DNA of 64,000 bases, from the NCBI GenBank assembly GCA_039024555.1, contig JBCCQQ010000011.1, forward strand, positions 45,269 through 109,268. Reading direction: 5' to 3'. This stretch comes from Cyanobacteria bacterium P01_D01_bin.156 (lineage in GTDB: Bacteria; Cyanobacteriota; Cyanobacteriia; Phormidesmidales; Phormidesmidaceae). Shown here piece by piece: positions 1 to 9,452 of the stretch. A model generated the notes under the pieces. The model saw only the letters and a program-made list of their open reading frames with translations, searched no databases and was not told the origin of the DNA. Position numbers and translations under genes: made by a program. Each line of letters starts with the position of its first letter. Position 1 is the first letter of the stretch.

Positions 1-1013
1 CCAGCTTCCATGGAACCTGCTGGACCACCTACTAGGGGAAACCCAATGGTGGAAACAATAGCATCCACCTGCACCGCTTCTTTGGAAAGAGAAGGGCATT
101 CCACATGGCCCAATGTTCGCTGAGCTTGCTCGTAGCCCGTGGTCATCAGGTCCCGTACGGCTACATGACCTTCCACCCCGTTAATGAATATGGGTACCGG
201 AACTAGCCCTGCTACTTCAAAGTAGCGAATCAGCTGCGGGATATAGGCCTGCTTGGTAATGACATGTTTGCGATAGAGCAAAATGCCTACGCGGGGCTTT
301 TCTTCCTTTACCCCTTCCCCTGTTGTCCTTTCCCCGTACCATTCAGCATATGCCTTTGGTGACTCAAAATACCCCTCATACTCTGGATGTAACAGTCCAA
401 TATTAGGGGTTTCGATTACCGCTGGAATATCTCCTACGGTCAACCCCAAATACTTTTCTGCCAGTACCCACAGCATGGAGGCAACATTCTCAGTACCGCC
501 TGCATTCCAGTAGCTGTAGATGATTAACCAGTTGCGCAGATCCTGCACCTTCCGTGCAGGAATATATTTCAGTAGCTTGGGACCAACTTTGAGAAAGCTA
601 AGATATCCAGCCAGTTTGTCTTCTTCTTTACCACTGCCAAACTTGCTAAGGATAAATTTGACGGGTTTGGGCATGCCGCCCCCTTGCTTACCTGGCTTTT
701 CGCCGATAACAAATTTGCCCAGCTGGGTGAGGGCCATTAGCTCCAGGGCTGATTCGAAAACTAGACGAATGGGAATTTGCTGTGCCCGCTCTCGTAGCCA
801 GAGGACTTGGTCATAGTCAAAGATAAGACTGGCAAAGAAGACATCGGCACTGTCCAAGGCAGCTGCAATGGCATCAGGCTGGGTGGTGAGGTCGCGATCG
901 CAAAATACTCGAATGTCCAAATCGGGACAGCGCTGCTGGGCCAGATCTGCCGCCTGCTGATACAGCTGTGTATTAAAGGCTTCAAACCCGGCAATTAGAA
1001 CAATTCGAGGCAT
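1..1013 (-). CDS. bchH: Magnesium chelatase subunit H-like protein (BchH/ChlH family), 5' part; runs off the window start
   Basis: Absent from the ORF track because it has no stop in the window. Manual translation from ATG at 1013 gives MPRIVLIAGFEAFNTQLYQQAA...DVFFASLIFDYDQVLWLRER and, near the window edge, VDAIVSTIGFPLVGGPAGSMEAG, typical of cyanobacterial Mg-chelatase H-type proteins. Confidence 0.85.
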   Translation of the reverse strand, partial: MPRIVLIAGFEAFNTQLYQQAADLAQQRCPDLDIRVFCDRDLTTQPDAIAAALDSADVFFASLIFDYDQVLWLRERAQQIPIRLVFESALELMALTQLGKFVIGEKPGKQGGGMPKPVKFILSKFGSGKEEDKLAGYLSFLKVGPKLLKYIPARKVQDLRNWLIIYSYWNAGGTENVASMLWVLAEKYLGLTVGDIPAVIETPNIGLLHPEYEGYFESPKAYAEWYGERTTGEGVKEEKPRVGILLYRKHVITKQAYIPQLIRYFEVAGLVPVPIFINGVEGHVAVRDLMTTGYEQAQRTLGHVECPSLSKEAVQVDAIVSTIGFPLVGGPAGSMEA

Positions 1014-1167
1014 TCATTAGGACCAGTGGCGGCCCTTTGATTTTAACGAATTTTAACACTGCGAGCTTAACCCAATAACCATATCTGAAAGGCCGTAAAT
1101 TACCCTCAGATAACGCCACCACCGATGACACGACAGTTAACCTTTAAATTACTGTATTGATCAATGC

Positions 1168-1440
1168 TTAGAATAAGCTCAATACATCAATACCCACTCC
1201 TAGAACAACACCAATATCCGTTTCATCATCAAAGGCTGCATTAACCCGAGCAGTGCCAGTTATCAAATCATTAATAGGCACATCCACACCAGCCATAACC
1301 AGTGGACTGATCTCAAAATCATCCACTTCTACACCAATTCCAGCACCAACAAAGGGAACTAAGGTAACTTGCTCACCAATGCCCACCTGTGAAAAGCTAT
1401 TAGTTAATGCAAACGATGCAAAACTATCACCCCCAAGACT
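1168..1440 (-). pseudogene. C-terminal fragment of an outer-membrane beta-barrel-like protein
   Basis: Alternating hydrophobic strands (LVPFVGAGIGV, LVMAGVDVPI, IGVVLGVGID) ending in F. The frame is open upstream of the GTG at 1386 but runs into the preceding gene with no signal peptide or good start. Confidence 0.5.
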
Positions 1441-1475
1441 GAAGCAGAAGGGATAGCTACCAGTAACATTAGTAG

Positions 1476-3248
1476 CTATATGTTGGCATCATTATCAGCA
1501 ACAATTGCAAGTACAACTTTATTGCGTCCTGTTCGTTTCGCTTGATAGAGTGCTTGATCAGCTCTGATTAAGGTTTCGGTTAGGGACTGTGGTGTATTTG
1601 CCAAGCGCACAGCCACCCCGCAGCTAATACTGACATAGGCGCTGACTTTGGAGGCAGCATGAGGAATTCGACAGTTTTGAATTCCCTCTCGCATACGTTC
1701 GGCAATTTCATACGCCTTACTGCTAGAAACAGATTGTAGAATGATGGCAAATTCTTCTCCACCATAGCGAGCCACCAGATCGTGACCATGTACCGATTGC
1801 TGAATTGCTCTGGCTACTCTTTGCAAACAGCTATCTCCCACGGGATGCCCGTAAAAGTCATTAAATCCTTTAAAGAAATCAATATCACATAGAATAATCG
1901 CTAAATCCTTTGACTGCTGCTGAGCCTCTACCATGTGCTGATTAAAAGACCGACGGTTTAATACATTGGTTAAATCATCTACATAAGCTTCTTTGAGTAG
2001 TTTTAGATTATTGGTAGTCAACCCCACCGTCACAGATGTAATCAAACCCAGTAGCGCTGGTATAGTTGGCACCCACCAACCATTCAGAAACCAGATACCA
2101 TTAATGACAACTAAGCTAAGGCTAAGTCCTAGAACTGGGATTATTAATGCTAACAAGGCATTGAACCCTCTGAGTTTTTGCCAACGGGACATTAAGATTA
2201 GCCTGCTACCGAGACTACACCAAAGAAAAGCCCACCCCCATTCCATTATTGTTATCCATGTTCGAATAAGAGAACGACCCTCCAAAACAGTACTAACAAT
2301 TTGGCTAGCAATATGAGCATGAATAGCAACGCCAGGACTCTGGGTGGTATTTGTGAGATGACTTCTGCTGTAAGGGGTATATACAAAGTCGTTGAGACTA
2401 GGAGCAATGGAACCTATGAGTACAATGCGATCTCGGATTAAGTGAACGGGAACCCGATCTTCTAAAACATCAATAATAGAAACTGTGTCAAACCGACTCT
2501 CCGCTCCCCTAAAGTTGAGCAGTATCTGATAGCCTCGAACATCAGCACGAATATATCCCCCATCATTCATCTGCAGCCTTGGAAATAACGTATCTCCTAG
2601 ACGGGTTAACTGTTTGCTTGGTAAACTCTCCGGTGAAATTCCTTGGGATTCTAAATAATGCAACGCAACAGCAGAGCCCAATGACTGTCGAACTTTACCC
2701 TCATCACTAATGGATAATAGTGCTCGCCGCACCTTACCATCATCATCCATTACAAGATCGGCCATAGCTACTTGCCCTTGTTTTGCCAATATAGGCGGTG
2801 GCGGTACAGGAGTTCCTCCAATTTTCTCCACACCGTACAAGTGAGGCATGGTTCTAAACAGCGTTTCTAACGTAGACGTGCCTGGTGGGATAGGAAAATC
2901 ACGGTAAAGATCTAAACCAATTACTGTAGGACGATACTGATCAATCTGAGCTAAGGCATCAGCCAATAGATAATCTGAGAGGGGCCATTGGCGAAGCTGT
3001 GACAAATCTGGCTCATCGATAGTAACAATCAGTAGGCGAGGCTCAACACTCTCCTCAGGACGTAGACGAAAGTATTGATCAAAAATTAGCCATTCAAGAA
3101 CCTGAAAACAGCCTGTTGAGTTCAGTAACAGTAAACAGATAGTAACAACAAATGAAATAATTAACGATACAACCTGAGGCGATAGAGACGTCTGTCTTCG
3201 CGATTGCCATTGCGAAAAGAGTAGTAAATCGCTAAACCGGATGGCCAT
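1476..3248 (-). CDS. CHASE2-domain diguanylate cyclase (TM-CHASE2-3TM-GGDEF)
   Basis: CHASE2 motifs (LLIVTIDEPDL..WPLSD, IGLDLYRD, DDDGKVRR, PGVAIHA), membrane helices, and C-terminal DIDFFKGFND.YGH..GD and ARYGGEEF. Confidence 0.92.
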   Translation of the reverse strand: MAIRFSDLLLFSQWQSRRQTSLSPQVVSLIISFVVTICLLLLNSTGCFQVLEWLIFDQYFRLRPEESVEPRLLIVTIDEPDLSQLRQWPLSDYLLADALAQIDQYRPTVIGLDLYRDFPIPPGTSTLETLFRTMPHLYGVEKIGGTPVPPPPILAKQGQVAMADLVMDDDGKVRRALLSISDEGKVRQSLGSAVALHYLESQGISPESLPSKQLTRLGDTLFPRLQMNDGGYIRADVRGYQILLNFRGAESRFDTVSIIDVLEDRVPVHLIRDRIVLIGSIAPSLNDFVYTPYSRSHLTNTTQSPGVAIHAHIASQIVSTVLEGRSLIRTWITIMEWGWAFLWCSLGSRLILMSRWQKLRGFNALLALIIPVLGLSLSLVVINGIWFLNGWWVPTIPALLGLITSVTVGLTTNNLKLLKEAYVDDLTNVLNRRSFNQHMVEAQQQSKDLAIILCDIDFFKGFNDFYGHPVGDSCLQRVARAIQQSVHGHDLVARYGGEEFAIILQSVSSSKAYEIAERMREGIQNCRIPHAASKVSAYVSISCGVAVRLANTPQSLTETLIRADQALYQAKRTGRNKVVLAIVADNDANI

Positions 3249-3453
3249 AGCACATCGTCCTAATTACCTGAGTTATCAACAGATACTAAAAGATTCCCTA
3301 ATTTTTTCTTAACCACGATGTAACTAATTTGGGCTACGACAACGAAAATCAAACGATGTAAGTCCAGTCAATAATTGTTGCTACCTAGAAAAGATGAGGA
3401 GTTCAAAAAGCAACATCATCCCAAAATTTTCATCATAAACAAGTCAACATATT

Positions 3454-4224
3454 TTAAGGAAGACTGCACAGAGAATCTCTACAGTCACTGACTGGAGCAG
3501 CATTTAAGGTCAAATCAAACTGTGTTAGCTCTCCAATAGCAAGCAGCATATTCCAAGCTGCATTGACACTCCCAAAAGTAGGATCATCACGTAATGTTTG
3601 TTCTAAGAGCACTAATGTGTCATACCAAATACCAGACTCTGCGTACATCATCGCTTCTTCAAAAGCAGATCTAAAGGAGTTAGTACTCTGAAATGGGAGA
3701 TTTGAAATCCGTTTTACATAGCCAACTAAAGCTGGATCATCAGGACGCAAAATATCTGCGCAGACAGGCACAACAGTGATCTTATAAATGATATTCGGAG
3801 TAAGACTAGATGCATCTTCAGGAAAGATTATTCTGATGAGTCCTGTATCTGTCGGCAATGATTGATATCCAGAATATGCAACCTCTCCCCGCTCGTTCTC
3901 AATATTAACAAAAACCTTTTGCGCCAACGTAGCCTCAGCATAAAGAAAGAAAGCAGGCTGGGCTGAGATTGTGTGCCCCATAAAAGAATTAGGAGCTAGT
4001 AAGGTAATATTTGATGCTTTAGTTGCTGTTTCTTGATGACGACAACGATCAGGGTTACGAGATGCACCACCTGTAGTGTTATCTGGAATACCATCCTTAG
4101 GAGGATTAAAATGGAAACTTTCTATATCGGTTGGCAACTCCGCTGCGTAAATCGCTGAGGCATTTAACGTACCTCCTATATAAACAAGGCTAGACAATAA
4201 AACAAGTGCGATAGATCGAATCAT
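3454..4224 (-). CDS. DUF928-domain secreted protein
   Basis: Signal peptide, FNPP...TTGGASR, T....PAFFLY and YAESGIWYDTL motifs; DUF928 genes commonly neighbour CHASE2 genes in cyanobacteria. Confidence 0.8.
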   Translation of the reverse strand: MIRSIALVLLSSLVYIGGTLNASAIYAAELPTDIESFHFNPPKDGIPDNTTGGASRNPDRCRHQETATKASNITLLAPNSFMGHTISAQPAFFLYAEATLAQKVFVNIENERGEVAYSGYQSLPTDTGLIRIIFPEDASSLTPNIIYKITVVPVCADILRPDDPALVGYVKRISNLPFQSTNSFRSAFEEAMMYAESGIWYDTLVLLEQTLRDDPTFGSVNAAWNMLLAIGELTQFDLTLNAAPVSDCRDSLCSLP

Positions 4225-4296
4225 CGTAGAGTTTCTGGAACATACAAGTCATATAGTACAGCTAGCTAAATTACCCAGAAATCTTTTTGCAGATCA

Positions 4297-5487
4297 TCAA
4301 CAAACCAATGGTAACTCTTCTTTACATAAGGGTCTTACAGTTTGTTCCTGCGCAGTACATGGATAAAATTTTGATAAGAAATCAACTACGGCATTAGCCC
4401 TTAAAGGACGAGAGAAATAGTAGCCCTGCATATACTGAAAGCCGATTTCTTTCAGCATATCAACATCTTCCCGAGACTCAATCCCTTCAACAATCACACT
4501 TAGACTTAGCTTTTCCGCTAAAGCATAGATAATCTCACAAATATCCCAATTTTGATTCACGACAAATGAACGATCCACTTTTAGGGCATTGAGTGGCAGG
4601 GATTTTAATCGTGAAAGAGCTGAGTAACCAGTTCCAAAATCATCTAAATGAAGTCTAATTCCAAGATCTCTGAGCTTTTGCAGTACCAATGTCACTATGT
4701 GGCTATTTTCAACCAAGGCACTTTCCGTAATTTCCAGTTTGAGATGACTGGGATCCACATTACTGGATTGAAGCACTTGCTCAACATGATCGGCTAATGC
4801 CAGCTGACCAAGCTGTAAAGGAGATAAGTTCACACTCATCGTCAAAGGTTGAGCCTGGGGAAACGCACGTTGCCATTGACTTAACTGATTACAGGCCTTA
4901 GTAATCAAGTCTTTTCCCATTTGATGAATCAAACCATCTTCTTCTGCAAGCGGAATAAAGACAGTCGGCGAAATTTCTCCATAGGTGGGATGATCCCAAC
5001 GGGCTAAAGCTTCGAAACCATATACGATTGACGTTCTATTACAAACAATGGGTTGATAAACCAGGTATATTTCTTTTTGCTCGATAGCTATAGGCAAATC
5101 TTGCTTTAACTTGAACAAACGCACTTGTTCTGGGGAAAGTAAAGCCGACAAAGCCGATGGTTGAGCCTCAACAGCATTAGCTAAACGGATCAACCGATCT
5201 AAATCCATCATAGCGGCCATGAGCAGATGATTACCTTCGCCAGAGAGCTTCCCAAATCGTCCAGAACTCAATCTTTGAACTACACCTTGTAAGCTACTCA
5301 GGGGATGCTTAAGTTCATGCTGCACTAAGGCAGACAAATCACCAAGATAATTACTAGAAGACAACGTAGTTAGAGATTTCATAGTCTGACCCGATGTGGA
5401 CGGCGTTGATAGAGCCGCTTTCTTTCTATGGCCGATACCATTGGTGGTGGTAACTGTTCCTTTTTCTGGCTTCGGCACATTATTCAT
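4297..5487 (-). CDS. EAL-domain c-di-GMP phosphodiesterase with N-terminal HisKA-like segment
   Basis: H-box-like HELKHPLSSLQG; EAL motifs FEALARW, LEITES, LDDFGTGYS, KVDRSF, VEGIE and QGYYFSRP. Confidence 0.85.
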   Translation of the reverse strand: MNNVPKPEKGTVTTTNGIGHRKKAALSTPSTSGQTMKSLTTLSSSNYLGDLSALVQHELKHPLSSLQGVVQRLSSGRFGKLSGEGNHLLMAAMMDLDRLIRLANAVEAQPSALSALLSPEQVRLFKLKQDLPIAIEQKEIYLVYQPIVCNRTSIVYGFEALARWDHPTYGEISPTVFIPLAEEDGLIHQMGKDLITKACNQLSQWQRAFPQAQPLTMSVNLSPLQLGQLALADHVEQVLQSSNVDPSHLKLEITESALVENSHIVTLVLQKLRDLGIRLHLDDFGTGYSALSRLKSLPLNALKVDRSFVVNQNWDICEIIYALAEKLSLSVIVEGIESREDVDMLKEIGFQYMQGYYFSRPLRANAVVDFLSKFYPCTAQEQTVRPLCKEELPLVC

Positions 5488-6810
5488 AAGTTATCGCTAT
5501 TAACACCTTGATAACCTGAAGTAAAAAATACTTCCATAATACTTTTACAATCTTTTTATCACCTTTGAAAAAGAGAACCAATTACGTAATATCACTCAGA
5601 TATTTTGTTAGAGTCTTTCTTGATATAACCTGAAAATTACGTACAAATAGACCCCTTTAACTCAAAACATATAACAACAGAATGCAGTAATCACTAATAC
5701 ACGTATTTTTCAAAGCAGAGCGTAGCAGATAAAAAATACAGCACACTCTAGAATTCCCAAGAAAAAGGCTTACTAAAACTGCTGAATGAGCACCTAAACT
5801 TCTCAATATCCCTTAGGCAGTTTAGTTTAAATTTGAATATTATTATGCATAGTTTTAGCCAATCTACTTATTTAAAGTAAGCGCTCAGCCACCTATTAAT
5901 AAATATCCTGAAATTTCACTTAGGTTTAAGCCATAACATTTAGCAACTAAGCTGATTAGCTGACTTAGCTCAATGACACCACAATGGCTTGAAGTAAGCT
6001 ATAGCAAGGTCTAACAGCCCTTTTAAGTATTGATTTAGAAAGATATATTCTCAATAAGTATTTTTAACAATTCAAATAAAAGCACTCTTACTTATTTTCA
6101 CTTTTGCTTACAACAATAATGTCTTGAATGCAATAGTTCACTAAGCACTTTGCTGTAGTAACATTACTATACAGAAAAATATACAAAACACGTCAATATG
6201 CTGAACAGCATGCAAAAAATGCATGTCAATTAATTATTTATTTATTTTTAATACGATCTTGAGCACTAAGGTTTGAAACGGCAACTATTTCACTTAAGTG
6301 AAGAGAGTTAAAGTAGCCACTGATTATGTTTAAACGGTATTCCATATTTATCTTCGCTATGGAATTCAATTGTTTAAAGAGAATAATTAAATTAGTATTA
6401 AATATTGTTTATTTGTGCAGAAATATCAAAGCATTAGTCACACAACAACAGCTGATTTAAGCAATTTGGAAAATTTAGTAGTGTAAGATACAAAATCTAT
6501 CATCTACTTCTTTAGGGGGGAAGTGACACCGTTACTGACTTAAGGGTGCATCTAAATAATATCTATTGGTTATTTGATCAGCTAGCTAAGGGCTTGTTAA
6601 AAATTAGAACCATGACCTTGTGCATTTAAATCATGGCTTAACAAGCTTTTCAGGCTTAAATCGTGAAGTCGTTTCTTAACAGCTTCTAAGCATTTCAGAA
6701 GAAATTTGCCGTTGCTGATTATGCATATGAAATGCTCCATAAAACAAAGTATGTGTCAGCATCGTTTGCAAAAAAGCATACCGGGGGTCAGCAATGCCCA
6801 AAAATCTCTA

Positions 6811-7107
6811 CTACTCATCAAACTGCTCTAGAACCTCTGGTTGCAGAGTCAGTAGAGGGTGTATTGATTCATCATCATCACCAGCTGATAGCTGGTGAAT
6901 AGCTTGCTCAAACTGGGCTTTACCTTCTTCAAAGAATCGCCGAGCATTATTTGAATAGAGTAGAGCAGATGTGACGTTAGCTGGTAGTTGAACAGTTTGG
7001 ATGGGTTCAGTTATAACTGTTTGGGCCTGAGCCCATGAAGCGGCATTTAAGGTAACCAGCATGCCCACTACTGCGAAGTTTACGGTACGTAAATTAAAGA
7101 ACATCAC
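6811..7107 (-). CDS. Small secreted hypothetical protein
   Basis: 98-aa ORF with a signal-peptide-like N-terminus (..AASWAQA) and a purine-rich RBS (GGAAAAGGAAAA) upstream. Confidence 0.6.
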   Translation of the reverse strand: MMFFNLRTVNFAVVGMLVTLNAASWAQAQTVITEPIQTVQLPANVTSALLYSNNARRFFEEGKAQFEQAIHQLSAGDDDESIHPLLTLQPEVLEQFDE

Positions 7108-7538
7108 ATTTTCCTTTTCCGAAATTGCATTAGTAATTGTTCTAGTAGTCCATACCTATCATAACAATTGCCATGGGCCGACTTCCCAAGTTTTAATCGT
7201 ACTTACTGCGCCTACTTACAAAACTGAAGTAGGTGCTACTAGGGTGATGGGATTATCCACGCTATCTTCAATCACCTGTCGCAGATTAGCCTGGTTTTCT
7301 ATTGTTTTTCGAGAAGAAGTTCTGACAAGTTTCCCCTCTCACGAGTCTCAGAAGAATCCAGGTGACCAACAAAAGCATCTAAAATCTCCATTATTCAAAG
7401 CAGTAACAACCATCAACAAGCTCCTTAATAGACTACGTTTAAGCTGCTGAATTAAGCATTTAGGCGTCAGAGGCTAAGGTGCTCAAGGAATAGGGACTTT
7501 TATCTCAAAAATGTACGGCTTTGCAAAAGTTTCTTCAT

Positions 7539-7883
7539 CTATTGGACCTGACCTTTCATTTTTTCCAAATGTTGTAAGCCCCAGGTTCGAAGAGCACAAA
7601 TTATAGGTTCTAAGGTCTTTCCGTACTCTGTTATCGAATATTCGACCTTGGGTGGAACTTCAGCATAAACTTTCCTCGAAATCAGGTTCTCAGCTTCTAG
7701 TTCACGCAGTTGTTTTGTCAGCATCCGCTGGGTGATGTCCGGCATTAACCGACGCAGCTCATTAAAACGACTGGTCTCCGATAGTAGGTGGTATAAGATA
7801 ACACCTTTCCACTTACCACCAATCACATGTAAAGTTGCCTCTACAGGACAACCTTGGGCGCAGTCATATCTAGTATGAGCCAT
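7539..7883 (-). CDS. HxlR/MarR-DUF24 family transcriptional regulator
   Basis: CPVEATL..IGGKWK..IL..L, RFNELRR, ITQRMLTKQLRELE, VPPKVEYS; N-terminal Cys typical of redox-sensing members. Confidence 0.92.
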   Translation of the reverse strand: MAHTRYDCAQGCPVEATLHVIGGKWKGVILYHLLSETSRFNELRRLMPDITQRMLTKQLRELEAENLISRKVYAEVPPKVEYSITEYGKTLEPIICALRTWGLQHLEKMKGQVQ

Positions 7884-7898
7884 TAGTAGAATCCAATA

Positions 7899-7940
7899 GT
7901 ATACAAAAGGGTACTACGTATCAAAAAAGTGCGTACTTAC
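7899..7940. promoter_or_regulatory. Candidate operator(s) for the HxlR-family regulator in the divergent promoter
   Basis: Two tandem imperfect palindromes, GTATACaaaaggGTAC and GTATCaaaaaaGTGCGTAC, in the 110-bp divergent gap. Confidence 0.35.
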
Positions 7941-7993
7941 CTAAGGTGTTTGCATAGTTTATGCTCGTTATGCCCTGACAGCAACACAGTGAA

Positions 7994-8287
7994 ATGAGCA
8001 CACCACTAACCATCGTGGCGAAAATCGAAGCAAAAACCGGCAAGGTTGAATTTGTTAAAGCTGAACTCCTCAAGCTGATTCCCATTACGCTTAAAGAAGC
8101 TGGCTGTATTCAATATGATTTGCACCAGGACAATGATAATCCAGCGATCTTTTTGTTTTATGAAATCTGGGAAAGTCGTGAGCTTTGGCAACAGCATATG
8201 AACAACACTCACCTGGTCGAGTATATGAAGGCAACAGAAAATGCGGTTGCAGCCTTTACCTTAAACGAGATGACAAAGACCCCATAG
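7994..8287 (+). CDS. ABM-family putative quinol monooxygenase
   Basis: EAGCIQYDLHQD...FLFYEIWES...HMNNTH; divergent from the HxlR gene. Confidence 0.88.
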   Translation: MSTPLTIVAKIEAKTGKVEFVKAELLKLIPITLKEAGCIQYDLHQDNDNPAIFLFYEIWESRELWQQHMNNTHLVEYMKATENAVAAFTLNEMTKTP

Positions 8288-8336
8288 CTCTAGATAAACT
8301 CTGTGAATTGTAATTGTCTGCACCTGGAGATTAACT

Positions 8337-9347
8337 ATGAAGGCCATTGCCTACAAAACCGCTGGTCCCATTGACCGTGACGATGCCCTACTGGACATTA
8401 CCCTGGATATGCCCACAGCCCAAGGCAAAGATTTACTCGTTAGGGTAAATGCGGTGTCAGTTAATCCAGTGGACACCAAAGTGCGTAGGCAGATGAAGCC
8501 CGAGGGTGAATGGCGGGTTCTAGGATTTGATGCTAGCGGCATTGTTGAAGCCGTGGGACCTGATGTGGAGAATTTCCAACCCGGTGATGCAGTCTTCTAT
8601 GCGGGATCTTTGGTACGTCCTGGCACCAACAGTGAATACCATCTGGTGGATGAACGCATTGTTGGCCGCAAACCCAGCAGCCTAAGTGATGCAGCCGCAG
8701 CCGCCCTACCGCTAACGTCAATCACTGCGTGGGAAATGTTATTTGACCGTCTAGAGGTCAATCGCCCCACCCCTCAAGGCGGCGACGTTATTCTGATCAT
8801 CGGTGGTGCTGGCGGTGTGGGTTCTATTACCATTCAGCTGCTAAAGGCATTGACAGACCTGACCATTGTTGCCACCGCTTCACGGCCTGAAACCCAAGAT
8901 TGGGTAAAGGAATGCGGCGCTCACCACGTGATTAACCATCGCCAGCCCATGGCTCCCCAAATTAAAGAGCTGGGTCTGGACGCACCTGGCTTTGTGTTTT
9001 CCACTACCCATACCGACAAACATTTAGCCGATATCGTTAAGCTGATTGCTCCCCAGGGACGTTTTGGTCTAATTGATGACCCAGAAACCCTGGATGCCAA
9101 AGTTCTAAAAACCAAAGCCATATCGCTGCACTGGGAACTGATGTTTACGCGATCGCTATTTGATACGCCCGATATTGCAGAACAGGGCAAGCTGCTCAAC
9201 GAAGTAGCTGATTTAGTAGATGCCGGACGTATCCGTTCCACGGTTACTGAGGTAGCCGGTAAAATTGACGCAGCCACTTTGCGCAGTGCCCATGCCCAAA
9301 TTGAAAGCGGTACGGCACGGGGCAAAATTGTGCTGGCAGGGTTTTAA
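8337..9347 (+). CDS. Zinc-binding alcohol dehydrogenase family / NADPH:quinone oxidoreductase
   Basis: AVSVNPVDTK, GFDASG, ALPLTSITAWE, GGAGGVG, HWELMFTRS, GKIVL. Confidence 0.92.
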   Translation: MKAIAYKTAGPIDRDDALLDITLDMPTAQGKDLLVRVNAVSVNPVDTKVRRQMKPEGEWRVLGFDASGIVEAVGPDVENFQPGDAVFYAGSLVRPGTNSEYHLVDERIVGRKPSSLSDAAAAALPLTSITAWEMLFDRLEVNRPTPQGGDVILIIGGAGGVGSITIQLLKALTDLTIVATASRPETQDWVKECGAHHVINHRQPMAPQIKELGLDAPGFVFSTTHTDKHLADIVKLIAPQGRFGLIDDPETLDAKVLKTKAISLHWELMFTRSLFDTPDIAEQGKLLNEVADLVDAGRIRSTVTEVAGKIDAATLRSAHAQIESGTARGKIVLAGF

Positions 9348-9452
9348 GGTGTGGCGGAAAAATGTTTCACAGTTGCTCAAGCTCAAACGCTGTGGAGCGC
9401 TAGCGACCATAGCATCTGGTGACAGACCGACGCGGTTCATTCACCGGCTGCA

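Noticed and set aside
283..998. Short ORFs listed in the first kilobase
   Set aside because: They overlap the Mg-chelatase H-like frame that the ORF track missed.
5488..6810. 1.3-kb AT-rich gap as a hidden gene or ncRNA
   Set aside because: Only short palindromes (ATTACGTAAT near 5581; an imperfect hairpin at about 6592-6646) were seen; nothing supportable beyond a probable regulatory region.
7061..7450. 129-aa plus-strand ORF
   Set aside because: Overlaps the start and promoter of the minus-strand secreted-protein gene and has no recognisable motifs.
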